The translations under genes and the position numbers were made by a program. This document shows positions 30,081 to 43,200 of a stretch of DNA of 64,000 bases, piece by piece. Origin of the DNA: Callorhinchus milii (taxonomy: Eukaryota); assembly GCF_018977255.1 (NCBI RefSeq), contig NW_024704751.1, positions 496,001 through 560,000 on the forward strand, read 5' to 3'. The notes beneath the pieces were generated by a model. That model worked only from the letters and a program-made list of their open reading frames with translations. It searched no databases and was not told the origin of the DNA. Each line of letters opens with the position of its first letter. Positions within the stretch are counted from its first letter, which is position 1.

Positions 30081-30989
30081 AGTTGAGTTCTCGCCTCAAT
30101 AGGCTCTGCATAATCACTACCCTTTCCTCAGCGAACTCCACTGGCTCCCAAAGTATTTCAAAGAATTAAGATATTGTCTTCAAATCCCTCCATGGTCTCG
30201 CTCAGCCTGCCTATGCAGTCTTCTCTAGTCCATGACCTCTTCTCTAGTCCATGACCTCTACTCTTCCAGCTCTGGTTGGGCAGTTACAGTGTGTATGTAC
30301 GTTATTAATACTGATTCCATGTTTATTATTAGATTAGACACAGGCCCTGATGTAAAGAATAGCATTTAAAATCAGACTCCAAACCAGGATTGTCAGTTGA
30401 GTTAATAAAATGTTTTCAAAATTGGAATCTACAATCAGCTGCATTTAGATGCAGCAGTTTTATTTTTTGCTAAAAGCACAACAGATCACAATTATAAATA
30501 CAGTTGACAGTGTGTACATAAGTTTCCAGGTAGCAGACTTTCTCAATAATCTTGGAGGTAAAAATAAAAATAAAGATTAATGATAGTAATTAAGATATTC
30601 TCAAGCCTACATGTTAGGTACCACCATATTAACCAACAGATTTGTACCAGGATTCTCCACAGGATAGGACATATCTTCATGTCCTTGTCTTATTGATGCA
30701 AACGCCAGGTTGGTCAACGGCCGGGATTATTGAGGACCTGGTTGCTTTTGCCAATCATATTTCCTTGAAACCAACTGTGTATCAGGAAGACTAGTGTAAC
30801 TCCTCCAACACACAAAACAACTCATTTTAAACTGACCTCCAGAAGATGAAGGGCTGAGCAGACCCCACAGTGTTTGAACCCAGAACTTCCTGAGCCCAAG
30901 TCTAATGCTCCAACAATTGGGCCAAACTGAGCTGTTTATGTTGGGGTGTGGGAAAATTGTACCTGGCTAGTAATAAAGAGAAATATAGG

Positions 30990-31195
30990 GACATAGGAAC
31001 AGGAGGAGGCCATTCAGCCCTCAAGCCTGTTCTCCATTCTATTAGATCATGGCTAATCTGTACCTCAAATCCAATTAGTTGCATTTTCCCTGTATGCTTT
31101 GATACCCTGACCTAACAAAAATCTATCCAACTCAGTCTTGGAAATTTGAATGGATCCAGCATCTACAGCCTTTGGGGGGAGAGAGTTCCAGATTT
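30990..31195 (-). mobile_element. CR1 3' tail fragment
   Basis: ggaacaggaggaggccattcagccc...gatcatggct is the reverse complement of the CR1 tail. Confidence 0.7.
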
Positions 31196-31443
31196 CAAAG
31201 TAACATTGGGAACCCTGTGCATGAATGGAATCACACAGTCCATTAGCCCGAGGCTTTTGGGGAAGAGATCAACCATGGAACTGGGAGGTTTTAAAAATAA
31301 CAGCATGGGGCAAAGTGGCTATTTCTGCATACAGTACATTTTATGTGAGGTCATAAAGAAACTAGTCTATATCTTTTCAAGTTTAAAATTTTAAAATTAA
31401 AATGATAATGAACAGAAAAACTAGAGAACCGATGTGTTTCTCT

Positions 31444-34301
31444 TCACTTTGCGTAAAGTGTGAAGTCCTGTCCTTGACGTGAAACCTTTGTTTCCAGCTC
31501 TTCAAGTATGTCTTTAAAGCTGCTGATGAACCAAGGGGCATTGTCCTTCACTTGTTGTCGGATAACATTCCCACCAAATCCAATGAATGCATCCTAAGAG
31601 ACCAGAAAAACAAGATACTCCGTAAACCAAGTCAGATACTAGGCTAAAATTCCTTGCAATTCAGTGTGGCAGTTTTTATATTGAGGATTTGCATTATAAT
31701 ATATCATCACTACACTGAGTGAGAAGAGGAATTTGACCCCAAGATATTTGCCCATGAGTTTATAATCAGCCTAATAGGGAAGCAGAGTGAGCTTCACTTA
31801 AGCTGAAATTTACATAAATAACGTCTTTATTATTTAGCACGGTGTCTGACAATGAAGAAATGTCCAAGATCCATACGTACAGCAGGAGGACATGCTTCCA
31901 GGTCTGTCGCTCCATCTCCAATCATAACCACCTTCTTAAAGCCTTTCTGTTCCTTTAGCAGACTTATGATCCTGCCTTTCCCACCAGATTCAGCTGTCGG
32001 CTGAGTTTCATCAAACCCAGCGTACTCTCCTGCAATAAAGTCACGTGACATTCAAACCCAAGAGCAACTCCAACGCAGCAGTATGTTTATCTAGTGAATA
32101 ACTGAGCCACTCAGAACAACAGTCACAAATTTGATCCTCAGTCTCTGCTGAATTAGCTAATAATAATATCAAATGCAAGGATTATTATTATCATAATCCT
32201 TGCATTTGATATAGCAATTTATCACGTCTTCAAGACGTCTCAAAGCTCTTCACAAAATATACTGTACAGTATATATTTGACTGTGTATTTTCTGGTTATA
32301 CGTGGCAGCCAATTGGACACGCAGTGTCCCACAAACAGTCGTGGATAAAGTGACCAAATTATTATTATTATTTTTTGAAGGGATTAATACCCCCAGAAAA
32401 GCAATCTGCCAATCGATTAAGAACCGGATTCCTCTTTACTGCTAGGGAAACAGAGGCGTGTGGAGTAAGGAAACTTGCCCAACGTTTTGCTCTGCCCGGA
32501 AATCAAACCCAGTAGTCTTGCTTGCAAGGCGAGTGCTCTAATCACTAGTTACAGGACTCCAATCAGTCAATCAGGGCAGCGAATAATAAAATATACAACG
32601 CAATCCTTGCACTTGATATATAATCTTTCAGGTGGGGAGGACATATCAAAGCACTTCACAAGATTTACTGTAAAGTGTAGCATTAGTAGCAGTGCTGCAT
32701 GCCACTGCCATTCCCTGACTGGAGAGGAGAGATTGTAGAAACATACAACAATTTACATATTCTTTCTTGAGTTTTATGAGACAAAAGCTTTTTGCCCAAG
32801 CAATCGCTAACTCCCCTCGTCTGAATCCTTACCATTAAAGTAAAACTTGAGTCTGTTTGCGTATACGTTAGTCAGAGGAACATTGATTCTTGTTGCCACG
32901 TGCTCCACGATGCACTGAAATCCCCCAGATATTAAGAAAACTTGTACTCCGCGCTTTTGAAGCCGATCTACCAGATCCCTGGTTAAAAACATAAGTTTAA
33001 CAATAGTTCAATGCTTTGCAGGATCAATATTTAAACGTTAGCAGATTAACAAACCTGAAACTTTAAAGTAAAAATTCTTTCCATCACTAATCTTTTCCTT
33101 TCTTTTTAGTTTCTGCGTCTTATTCTGTGCTTTGGTTTTCCTCCCTACGATAGATTATATTCATTATTACATTTTCTGCTCCCTTAATAGCTCAGTGAAG
33201 AAATAATTATGTTGTTTGCTACAGAGACAGACACACCAAGCAGCTTTCCTCCCTAGCTTCAGGCCAAGATAGCTGACATCAGCTGAGTAGAATGGGCCAT
33301 TGCAATTGCCTCAGTGTCCTCTTGCTAGGGAGAAGCAAAAAAAAAATGTCCTGCTTTGAATTGCTCTGTAACAATCCCTGGTGATGAGTGCAAACATTCT
33401 GGGGATGGACAGTTGGGGCTAAAATGAAATGGCCACTTAATGGTATTGGCAACAGAAAGGCCAATAGGACTGCGGATTACAGGCCCACTGTCCTTGGATC
33501 TGCCTCCAAATATATTTATAGATTCAGTCAGGGATGAAAGCTGTACCGAACCATCAACATCGCAAGAAGAAACCAGAGGGAAAGTTGGAAGAGAAAATGT
33601 ATTTTTTTAACAAATGGCACAATTTTTTTTATGATTAGGAATTATCTTACTTTATGCCCTCAGTTAATTGAGGAGGGTGATCTGTTATTAGTTTATTCAC
33701 TTGCTCTCGTGAAGGCCGTATAACTGCGAGACGTTCCGTTAACGCCTTCCTAAATGGGATTGCGCCTCCCATTGCATTCCGAGTCCTGAAAGAAAGAAAA
33801 ATGTTCAGTTGGTGAGACAAAACAATCTGATTCAAAATACTGAGGCACTACTGCTTTCCTTTAAAAGTAAAGGCACAACATATACAGCAACGTTGTCACA
33901 CATCAAACAGCTATCATACTACAAAACACACCTGACACAAAATTCATCTTTGGATTCAGAATTTGGATGCCTATTTATCTATATTCGGTTGTACTATGTC
34001 ACTACACTTTGCCTACAGAGATTCGAATATCTTGTATGATATGATTAAAGTTTTGTGAGTAAATGTACTAATAGAGCTCAAGTACCTTTGTGATTTCAGA
34101 CCAAGCTCCACAATGGAATCCCCTTTAATATCACACAACAAATAGACATCCAAACACTTACATTTCTGCCACAGCATCCCCAACTCCACAGAATTTCGCC
34201 AGTTCATCAATCCCTTCCTCTTTGATCACTGTGCTGTCTACATCGAAACATACTGCATCAGCACTGCGAAAGGTTTCTTTTGTTTCAGCAAGCATGGCCA
34301 T
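31444..34301 (-). CDS. PSPH: Phosphoserine phosphatase (HAD family), 5 coding exons, about 239 aa
   Basis: Exons 34301-34162, 33785-33651, 32978-32833, 32029-31881, 31593-31444. Catalytic motif CFDVDSTVI, plus LISGGF, GGKG, MIGDGATD and DAFIGFGGNVIR. Confidence 0.96.
32183..32560 (-). mobile_element. tRNA-derived SINE, long variant
   Basis: Same head, body and tail, reverse complemented. Confidence 0.8.
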
Positions 34302-34899
34302 TTGTTGTGGTTCTTCCTGCAGAAAAAAAACAAAAATCTCAATACAGCAAATAGGTACAGTATAACACAAGGTAACTGAACCTAAAAAGAAAAATGAATC
34401 CTTAATTTTGAATCACTGTTTATAGCTTTCTCACCTTCACAATCTTTTTTTGTGAGGCAATAAATACACAGAAACATACAAGGATTTTGCGGGGAAAATC
34501 TTCCCAGCAGCTTTACAAGCATTTTATAATCTGATCAGATTGTAAGAAAATGATAATCCTTACATTTGATATAGTGCCATATCATGTCATCAGATTTTAC
34601 CAAAAAGTGTGATGACTATATTTGTAGGTGAATGCGGCAGCCAATTTGCATTTGTACAAAACAATATCCCACAAACAGCCATGAAGTGAATCACTAATTT
34701 TATCTGGGAAATTATTGGCACTGAGAGAAACTCCGTTCTCTTTTCAAATAAAGCTACGGATCTTTACCATTTACCTGGACAGGCAGACACAATCTTGGTT
34801 TAACATATTTTTGAAATAATGCACCTATGACAAAGAGTGTCAGACTATGATCCCAAATGATAACTATTGTTTTAACTGGGTGTCTTCCTTGTACAAGGT

Positions 34900-35485
34900 A
34901 TACTTACTGGAGAATATTAGAGGCCCTTTGGCACTCCTGAAACCAGGCGTTCTTCTGGCAGAACAAGGGGATGGTGAGGGCCTGCCTGAGGCTTGCACAC
35001 ACTAGGATCAGGGACTATACACTAGGGGACAAGCTGAAGTTCAGCTGAACAACAGCAAAGATCAGATGGGGCATAACTCTGGCAGGGGCTGCTCCGTCAC
35101 AACCCGCCACGAGCGCACCCCAAACTGACTTCAGTAACGGCACAGAAGGATGCTTGAGATGTAACCAAAGAGCGTCCCAAAAATGTATGTACAGTAAATA
35201 TGTGCGCAAATGGTGCACATTGGGGCACCTTCCGAAGTGCGCCTTATCAGGCTGCGTGCGGGTGGGCACATGGATCTGGTGCACACAGGGGCGACTCCCG
35301 ACTGTTTTAAAGGGAGCGTCTCAAAAAACGTGTGTACAACCTGTGTGCGGGGAACGAATGTACCGTAAATAACAGAATGTGTTTTTGTATCAGGAGAAAA
35401 GAAAAAAATTGTAACAGAAGATGTGTTTGTTTTGGATTTCTGTTGTACTAAATATTATATTTATAAATAAATATATATATTTTTA
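34900..35485 (+). mobile_element. Tx1/L1-clade LINE 3' end (copy 1)
   Basis: ALWHS*NQAFFWQNKGMVRACLRLAHTRIRDYTLGDKLKF...AKIRWG, then a 3' UTR ending in aataaatatata. Confidence 0.7.
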
Positions 35486-35489
35486 AAAA

Positions 35490-36435
35490 TACCTTGACAT
35501 CGAGTATGCCTGGAGGATCATAAACTCAGTAAAGGAAGCTCTTTGGCATTCCCAAAACCAGGTGTTCTTCTGGCAGAACAAGGGTACTGTGAGTTCCTGC
35601 CTCAGGCTCGTGCACGCTAGGATCATATATATATTGAGGAACAAGCTGAAGTTTGGCTCAACAGCGACAAATGCCAGATGGGACATGACCCTGTCAGGAG
35701 CCGCTCCGGCACAAACCGCTCAGGGTGCACCCACCCGGTAGCCCATGAGTGAACCCAAAACTGACTGAAATAAACATAAGATGGACCCTGGAGATGTAAC
35801 CAAAGAGCTTCCCAAAAATGTATGTACGGTAAACATATACCCGTACGGTACACATCGAGGCGCATTCCGAAAATGGCATGTAGGCCTTATCAGCGTGTTC
35901 AGGCAGACATATGGATGTGGTGTACACAGGGACGAATCCTGACTGTTTTAAAGGGAGCGTCCCAAAACAAAGTGCATACAACCTGTGAAGGAATTGATGT
36001 AAAGAACGGAATAATAATAATAATCCTTGCATTTGATATAGCGCTTTTCACGTCGGGAGGACGTCCCAAAGCGCTTCACAGAACACACTGTAAAGTGAAT
36101 TGACTGTATATTTGTGGGCGAACGCGGCAGCCAATTGTGCACAGAAGTGTCCCACAAACAGTCGTGGATTGAAAATGACCAATTTATTATTGTTTTGTTT
36201 TGGAGGGATTATTATTAGGCTCTGTGTGGAGTAAGGAAACTTGCCCAAGGTTTCGCCCTCTGCCTGGAATTGAACTCAGGTCTCTCACTTGCAAAGCGAG
36301 TGCTCTAACCACTGAGCTACAGGACTCCTAAATGAAAGGGAAAAATGGAACAGAAGATACTGTACTTGTGTTTGTTTCAGATTTCTGTTGTACCAAATAT
36401 TATATTTATAAATAAATATACATTTTCAACAAAAA
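35490..36435 (+). mobile_element. Tx1/L1-clade LINE 3' end (copy 2), interrupted by a SINE
   Basis: AWRIINSVKEALWHSQNQVFFWQNKGTVSSCLRLVHARI...NKLKFGSTATNARWD. The 3' UTR is homologous to copy 1 and resumes after 36328. Confidence 0.75.
36010..36328 (-). mobile_element. tRNA-derived SINE, short young variant
   Basis: Near-identical to the copies at 41183 and 52766. Confidence 0.9.
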
Positions 36436-37537
36436 CACTCCCTTGTTTTGTATTTTAGTCACTCAGGGAGTGGGAGCAATGTCTGGCAGCTCATGAAGGT
36501 CAAGCTTAATGACCTGCCTCCTAATCACTAACCAGTGACCTGCCCCAGAAAGGGCAAGTGCGCATTGGGAAAGGGCAAGGTTGGTTGGACTGGCTTCCCT
36601 CCCTCTAATACACACACTGAACGAAGAAAGAGTATTCAGGTGAACGGTTGTCAGTTCCCAATGGACCACGGCAGGAAGAGTGAAGGGTTAAAAAATCAAT
36701 TTGTGTGTGGTCCTGACCCAACTGTACAGCGCCTTGGGACGTCCTCCCGACGTGAAAGGCGCTCTATAAATGGAATCTTGTTGTTGTTGTTGTGATGCTC
36801 AGCGCAATCTGAAGACACGTTACATTTAGATTTTAAACAAGATGCGAACAGCAACAACAAGAAATGACATGACATACAATTATATTACATACATATTATA
36901 CACAGTTCTTAGTGTGGAAAATAAACCATGGTATTGGAAGTTGATGGTCTCAATGCTAAATGGAAACTGTTGCTGGTGGGAGCACTGCTCTGATAAAGGC
37001 TCGTCTGACATGTTCTGAAACGTGGCCGTTTTGCACAGATTTTGCACAAAATGCGCTGGTTGTTGGTTAGGGAAACCATAGATTATAATATAATACACCT
37101 TTACATACAATTAGCAGTCCATCTGTCACGTTGCCCGCAGTTTAAAGAAAAGTAACAGAAGCTGAAAGCCATCCTCCCCAAATCTCTAACCCAGTTTACT
37201 GTATTATTTTTTTAAAAATGAACAGTTTAGGCTTCAGTCTTGTGTGCATGTTTTCCAGGTTTAGTTTGGCAAAGGGAGAGAGGAAGAAGATGATGTTTGT
37301 TCACCATGTTCTTGCATCATTTGAATTGAGAGCAAACTTCCCAAAAAGGAAAATCAAAGTTATTGATATCAGTAAATAATTACACTCTCCCAAACATATA
37401 AACACATCATCACCGAACAGCCACCATTCCGTGTCAGAGATCAAACAGAAAGCAGAAGCAGAAGCAGGAATAACCCTGAAGCACTCACCGTCTCGCACTG
37501 CAAACTTCAGAAGCCTAAATAGTCGGTATGTGGGCAA

Positions 37538-37689
37538 NNNNNNNNNNNNNNNNNNNNNNNNNNNNNNNNNNNNNNNNNNNNNNNNNNNNNNNNNNNNNNN
37601 NNNNNNNNNNNNNNNNNNNNNNNNNNNNNNNNNNNNNNNNNNNNNNNNNNNNNNNNNNNNNNNNNNNNNNNNNNNNNNNNNNNNNNNNN
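37538..37689. other. Assembly gap (152 N)
   Basis: Run of N. Confidence 1.
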
Positions 37690-38208
37690 GCTTTGTCGCT
37701 TACTTAAATATATTTTTAAAATCTTTGAAATGCAAAGAAGATGCAAAGCTGCTGCTGTTGCCGCAGAGCTGCAGATCAGGCGAATGAATTTTTAAAGATG
37801 ATTTATTCTGTGTACAAAGCCGGAGGGGAGACGGGGGAACACGTCATTTGACGCCGACCTCAGTAACACAGCACAGGGAACAATGAGCGAGTGGTGCCTT
37901 CCCGCAGCAGTTGCTAAGACCCCTCACTAAATGAATGAAGTTTTTGGAATGGTTTGATTATTACAACTGAAATCTTACTTTCGTTTTAGTCACTGGTGGA
38001 CCCTATTTTATAACGTTGTCCTGTTTAAAAAAAAGTGGGGGGGGGGGGAGAGTGCAGTAGAATTAATTCAGAGTGTTGGCATAGAAACTGCAGGTCATCG
38101 GGTCCAACTAGTCTATGCCAACGAAACAAACGTGATGTCTTTTTTTATTTCCTTCCCCCTCTCCTTTAAGGCACTGAATGCAGCCCTCTGGTTCCTTGTC
38201 CAAATTGT

Positions 38209-38575
38209 GGAATCCTGTAGCTCACTTGTCTCGCAAGCGAGATACCCGGGTTCAATTCTTGACAATGTCGTGAAATGTCGGTCAAATAAATTACTCCACC
38301 CGCCTCCGGTTATCTAGCAGTAAGTAGGAACCCGGTTATTAATCAATTGGTGGATCGCTTTTCCAGGGGTAATAATTCCTTCCAAAAAATAATAAGGAAT
38401 GAATTGGTCACTTCAATCCACAACTGTTTGTGGGAAACTGCTGTGCGCAAGTGGCTGCCGCATTTCGCCCACAAATATACGGTCAATTCACTTTACAATA
38501 TATTCTGGGAAGCGCTTTGAGACATCTAGAAGACGTGAAAAGTGCTATATCAAATGCAAAGATTATTATTATTAT
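38209..38575 (+). mobile_element. tRNA-derived SINE, long variant
   Basis: Head, internal tagcagtaagtaggaacccgg segment and tail. Confidence 0.8.
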
Positions 38576-39157
38576 GCACCCTCAATAAACCGAATTAAAC
38601 CAAATCCTGTTCCACAGCCGGGAAACTGGAGGCAACCCTGACTCCCAACCCAAACCCTGTCAACAATAACAACAAGATTACATTCAAAAGACTGAATGGA
38701 CCTGATTCCTTGCATCACAATCTCTTAATCAAGTCATCGGATGGATCGCCTCCCTGACTGGGTAAACCAGTCTGAGTCTATTGACTAAGAGTTCAAGGTC
38801 GTTCCTCCTTACTGCATAACTTGCCATTAAGAGCACTATCTGGGCAAGCTTCCTGCTGCTTGACCAGCTAGGGCTGTGTATCTGACAGTGCTTCTCCCTT
38901 TGAGGTCCATGCCGTGTTTCGTCCACAAAATATAACGTCAATTCATTTTACAGTATATTCTGTGAAGCGCTTTGAGGCATCTCATCAGCGTGATAAGGCA
39001 CCATATCAACTGCAAGGATTATTATTATTATCTCGTGTAGAGATACAACCTAAACCACCCCATGATTTAATCGCTTTATCACGTCATCAAGATGCTTCAA
39101 AGAGCTTTACTGCAGAAGATTCTTGGGAGTCGGCTATTACTGGGAAGTTTTGATTTA

Positions 39158-39530
39158 ATAATAATTCTTGCATTTGATATAGCGCCTTATCACGTCTTCA
39201 AGACGTCTCAAAGCACTTCACAGTATATAACTGTTTGTTTTGTGGGTGAAATGCAGCAGCCGACTGCACAAATCAGTGTCCCACAAACAGTCATGAATTA
39301 AGTGACCAATTTATTTTTATTATTTTTTTAAAGGAACTATTACCTTAATAATTATTATTAAGGAATTAAAGGAAAGCAATCCGCCAATCGACTAACAACC
39401 GGGTTCCTGCTCACTGCTCGGTAATCAGCGGCGTGTGTGGAGTAAGGAAACTTGCCCAATGTTTCGCCCTGACCGGGAATTAAACCCGGGTCACTCGCTT
39501 GCGAGGCGTGTGCTCCAACCACAGGACTCC
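39158..39530 (-). mobile_element. tRNA-derived SINE, long variant
   Basis: Reverse-complement copy. Confidence 0.8.
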
Positions 39531-39799
39531 ACTGTCCCCCACTGTGCCGAGAGGACTCAGCACTCCCGAGTCTACCCCACGGGAGGGGCGCTGTATAAAG
39601 GCACGTTGTTGTTGAATGTGTACGTTGTGGGCGAAACGCGGCAGACAATTTGGGGACAGCAAAGTCTGCAGACGGCCGTAAACTGAGTTGAGAGGGTTTT
39701 ATGTGAGGGATTGTGGGCCAGGACACCGGGAGAGAGCAACTCCATCCTCTTCCCAAATCAATTATTATTAAATCCTAACCATTTCTGCACTAACGACCA

Positions 39800-40265
39800 C
39801 TTATCCAACCGCCTCCTGCTGCCCCTCCTGGGGGCACACCGTGCTGCCATGCCCTGTGCACGCCCTGACCTCCCGCCGCACAGACCTTCCAGAAGTTTCT
39901 CGGAGGCGCCAGTTACTGGGCGGGTTTGAACCAATCAGTGTTGTGGGGGGGGAGGAACGACCCACCAGTGATTGACATCTATTCTGACTAATTAGAAAGC
40001 GAGCCTCCTCTAATGAACGGGTGCCGCAGACCAATAGGGACGCGTGGAAGGCGGGTCATGCAATCAGGTTAGGGTGCGAAGAGGCGCAACTGATTGACGT
40101 GTCATCTGACCACACAGAGGCGGAGCAGGGACCAATCAATGCGACCGGAGGCGGGCTGTGCGCGTTCCGCCTAAGTTGGGTTGCAGAGTGACGGTCGTTT
40201 GGAGGCGCAGTGACTTCGGCATTTTCTCTGTCTCGCGCTGCCGCCGCTGAAGCCCTCACACCGCT
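39800..40265. promoter_or_regulatory. CpG-rich promoter upstream of CCT6A, probably shared divergently with PSPH
   Basis: CCAAT boxes near 39931, 40031 and 40132, GC boxes and tgacgtg. PSPH and CCT6A are head-to-head. Confidence 0.65.
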
Positions 40266-43200
40266 ATGTCCGCGATTAAATCCTTAAACCCCAAAGCCGA
40301 GGTGGCCAGGGCTCAGGCCGCTTTGGCCGTGAACATCAGCGCGGCCCGCGGTCTGCAGGATGTGTTGAGAACCAACCTGGGGCCTAAGGGCACCATGAAA
40401 ATGTGAGCGTGAGGGGGTGGGAGTCGGGCCGGGCTTTTTTTGCGGCCTAGCGGCGGCGGGGAAGCAGGGGCTGGGGCGCGGGCTGGGGGAGGGGAGGGGC
40501 GGCGCCTGTCTGTCTGTCTCTGTCCGCACGTGGGGCCGTTTTAAACGTTTATTTCATTTAAAACGAAGTTGGGAATTTCGGATGTGAAGTTACTTGTCGG
40601 CGGCTGATTGCCGCCTCCACCCCCCGCGGCGGAAAATTACCGCTCGTCACCGTTTTGAGGCACGATTTTGCCGTTTATTTAGGCCACGTTTGGTCCTTTA
40701 TTGTAATTCGGATTTTTTTTTAAAAAAGTGGATAAGGTTCGTTTTTTTTTAAACTCGAGAGTTTTACACCGGTTCAACTAACCTCTGCCTTTCGATTTTT
40801 GAACCTTTCTCGTTTATATATATATATTTTTTGAAGATTTTTAAGAATAAAAAAAAGTTGTGTTGATTTATTCTCTTTGGTAATAAACAGCATTTTTTTC
40901 GGTTACCCGAATACGTTGACTTGTCCTGTAAAAGCGATCTGACCGCAAGTGGACATTTTAATTCTGGGACTGAGAGCAACAAAGGACGAGCGGAACAGCA
41001 TGAGAGCCGCCAGCAACCGCACTCCGCCTATCAGAGGCGTGAACTGATTTTTGCTAAGATGAATTTAGAAAGTTTTGTGGTGTGGAATGAAGTAATATTT
41101 GTCAAAGTAGCCATAACGAAAACTTTCGATAGTTTTGAAATATTAAGCATCCGTTAAATTTACTTCGCATCAATTGGCTTTAGGAGTCCTGTAGCTCAGT
41201 GGTTAGAGCACTCGCTTTGCAAGTGAGAGACCTGAGTTCAATTCCAGGCGGAGGGCAAAACCTTGGGCAAGTTTCCTTACTCCACACAGAGCCTAATAAT
41301 AATCCCTTCAAAACAATAATAAATTGGTCATTTTCAATCTACGACTGTTTGTGGGACATTGCTGTGCGCAATTGGCTGCCGCGTTCGCCCACAAATATAC
41401 AGTCAATTCACTTTACAGTGTGTTCTGTGAAGCACTTTGGGACATCCTCCCGACGTGAAAAGCGCTATATCAAATGCAAGGATTATTATTATTTATCGCT
41501 TTCTGCAGGCTGGTGTCTGGTGCTGGCGATATCAAGCTCACTAAAGATGGTAACGTGTTGTTGCATGAGATGGTAAGTACCATATGTAACCTAAAATCTC
41601 AACGTTATTCTCCTTAGGTACGATGGAAAGGGCAGAAATTGGAATATAATTAAAAATGGAATGGTGTTATTTGCAGTAATTCATAAACAACAACTGTAAA
41701 CTTTGAAAACTTTGACTAAGTTTTTAGAAACGATCAGTAGAAGCAATAGGCAATACAATCATTTGTAATGCATTTCACATCTAGGAATTTATTAATGAAA
41801 GGTAATTGTATTCTCTATATCTAGTTAGCCAAACAAAACATGATGAAATAACTTGTTATTGATGTTTCCAAGTTCATCATATTCAAGAGTCAAAACTGTT
41901 CTCTTGCAGCAAATACAACACCCAACAGCTTCCTTGATAGCTAAGGTGGCCACAGCTCAGGATGACATGACAGGTGATGGCACCACCTCCAATGTGCTGA
42001 TTATTGGGGAGCTGCTGAAACAAGCTGATCTTTACATTTCAGAGGTAAAGAATATATTCATATATTAGTTTTATAATTTACAACTTTGCTTGTATTTGAT
42101 TGCTATTGGAAGCAAGTGATTCAGAATTTACTCCTGTAGACCCATCAATGATTCATTTGCTAAATGCACTGCTTGGCTGAGCCTATTGGAAGATTTTCTC
42201 CTTGAATCTGTGCTTCACATTGAGTTCATGCACCATTCTTTTCAGTTGTACAGGGAACCCACTTTATCATGGTCTAATGTTTCATCAACTGCATTATGCA
42301 ACGTGAAAAATGTCCAACTTCTGTGAGTCACTGCTGACATTGGTTACTCTGCGCCGTAAGCCATGTCAGTGGCAGTTTGATTATCAGAAAGATGTTCATT
42401 TTTCTTGTGTGAGAAAGCTAGAGTCAGCGCTAGAAGCTGAATTCTAAGGAATTAATCTGTTAACCATATGTATTCGATTTGAAAATTCTAATTCTAGAAT
42501 CGATAACAGAGTTCTGGTTCCAATAAGGATTTGATGTACATACATACAGGTTCTGTAGACAACTTATTTTCAGAGTGTTGCGTATTTCATATCTGTTTAG
42601 GGTCTCCATCCCAGGATTGTGGCCGAAGGGTTTGAAGCGGCTAAAGAGAAATCACTTGAGATTCTGGAGCAGGTGAAAGTGACCAAAGAGATGGATCGAG
42701 AGACTCTCTTCAATGTTGCTCGGACATCATTACGCACCAAGGTTCACAAGGAATTGGCTGATATCTTAACAGAGGTACTTGATGATTTTGCTATTTGTTC
42801 CTGTATTACTCACTTTCTCTGTATGTCTTAAATACACTTTTGCTGTTCAAGAGAAACCGAACCTAGTTTTTGTTTTGTTTCCTTTCATTCTGTTGTGGCT
42901 TATTTGGAATCGGATGGGGAGCCCGATACAACAACTCTCAGAAAGACGTTCATTTTTCTCGTGTGAGAAAGCTAGAGTCAGTGCTAGAAGCTGAATTCTA
43001 AGAAATTAATCTGTTAACCATATGTATTCGATTTGAAAATTCTAATTACAGAATCGATAACAGAGTTCTGGTTCCAATAAGGATTTGATGTTTATCAACA
43101 ACAACAAAACTACATTTATAGAGCGCCTTATTAAATATGATATTAGCTGAGCATGACCAAATTCTACTTTAGCTTTTCCTTTGGTTATTGCAATCGGACA

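Noticed and set aside
41183-41260. tRNA-Ala-like sequences here and at other SINE heads
   Set aside because: No proper acceptor stem, and always fused to the SINE body and tail.
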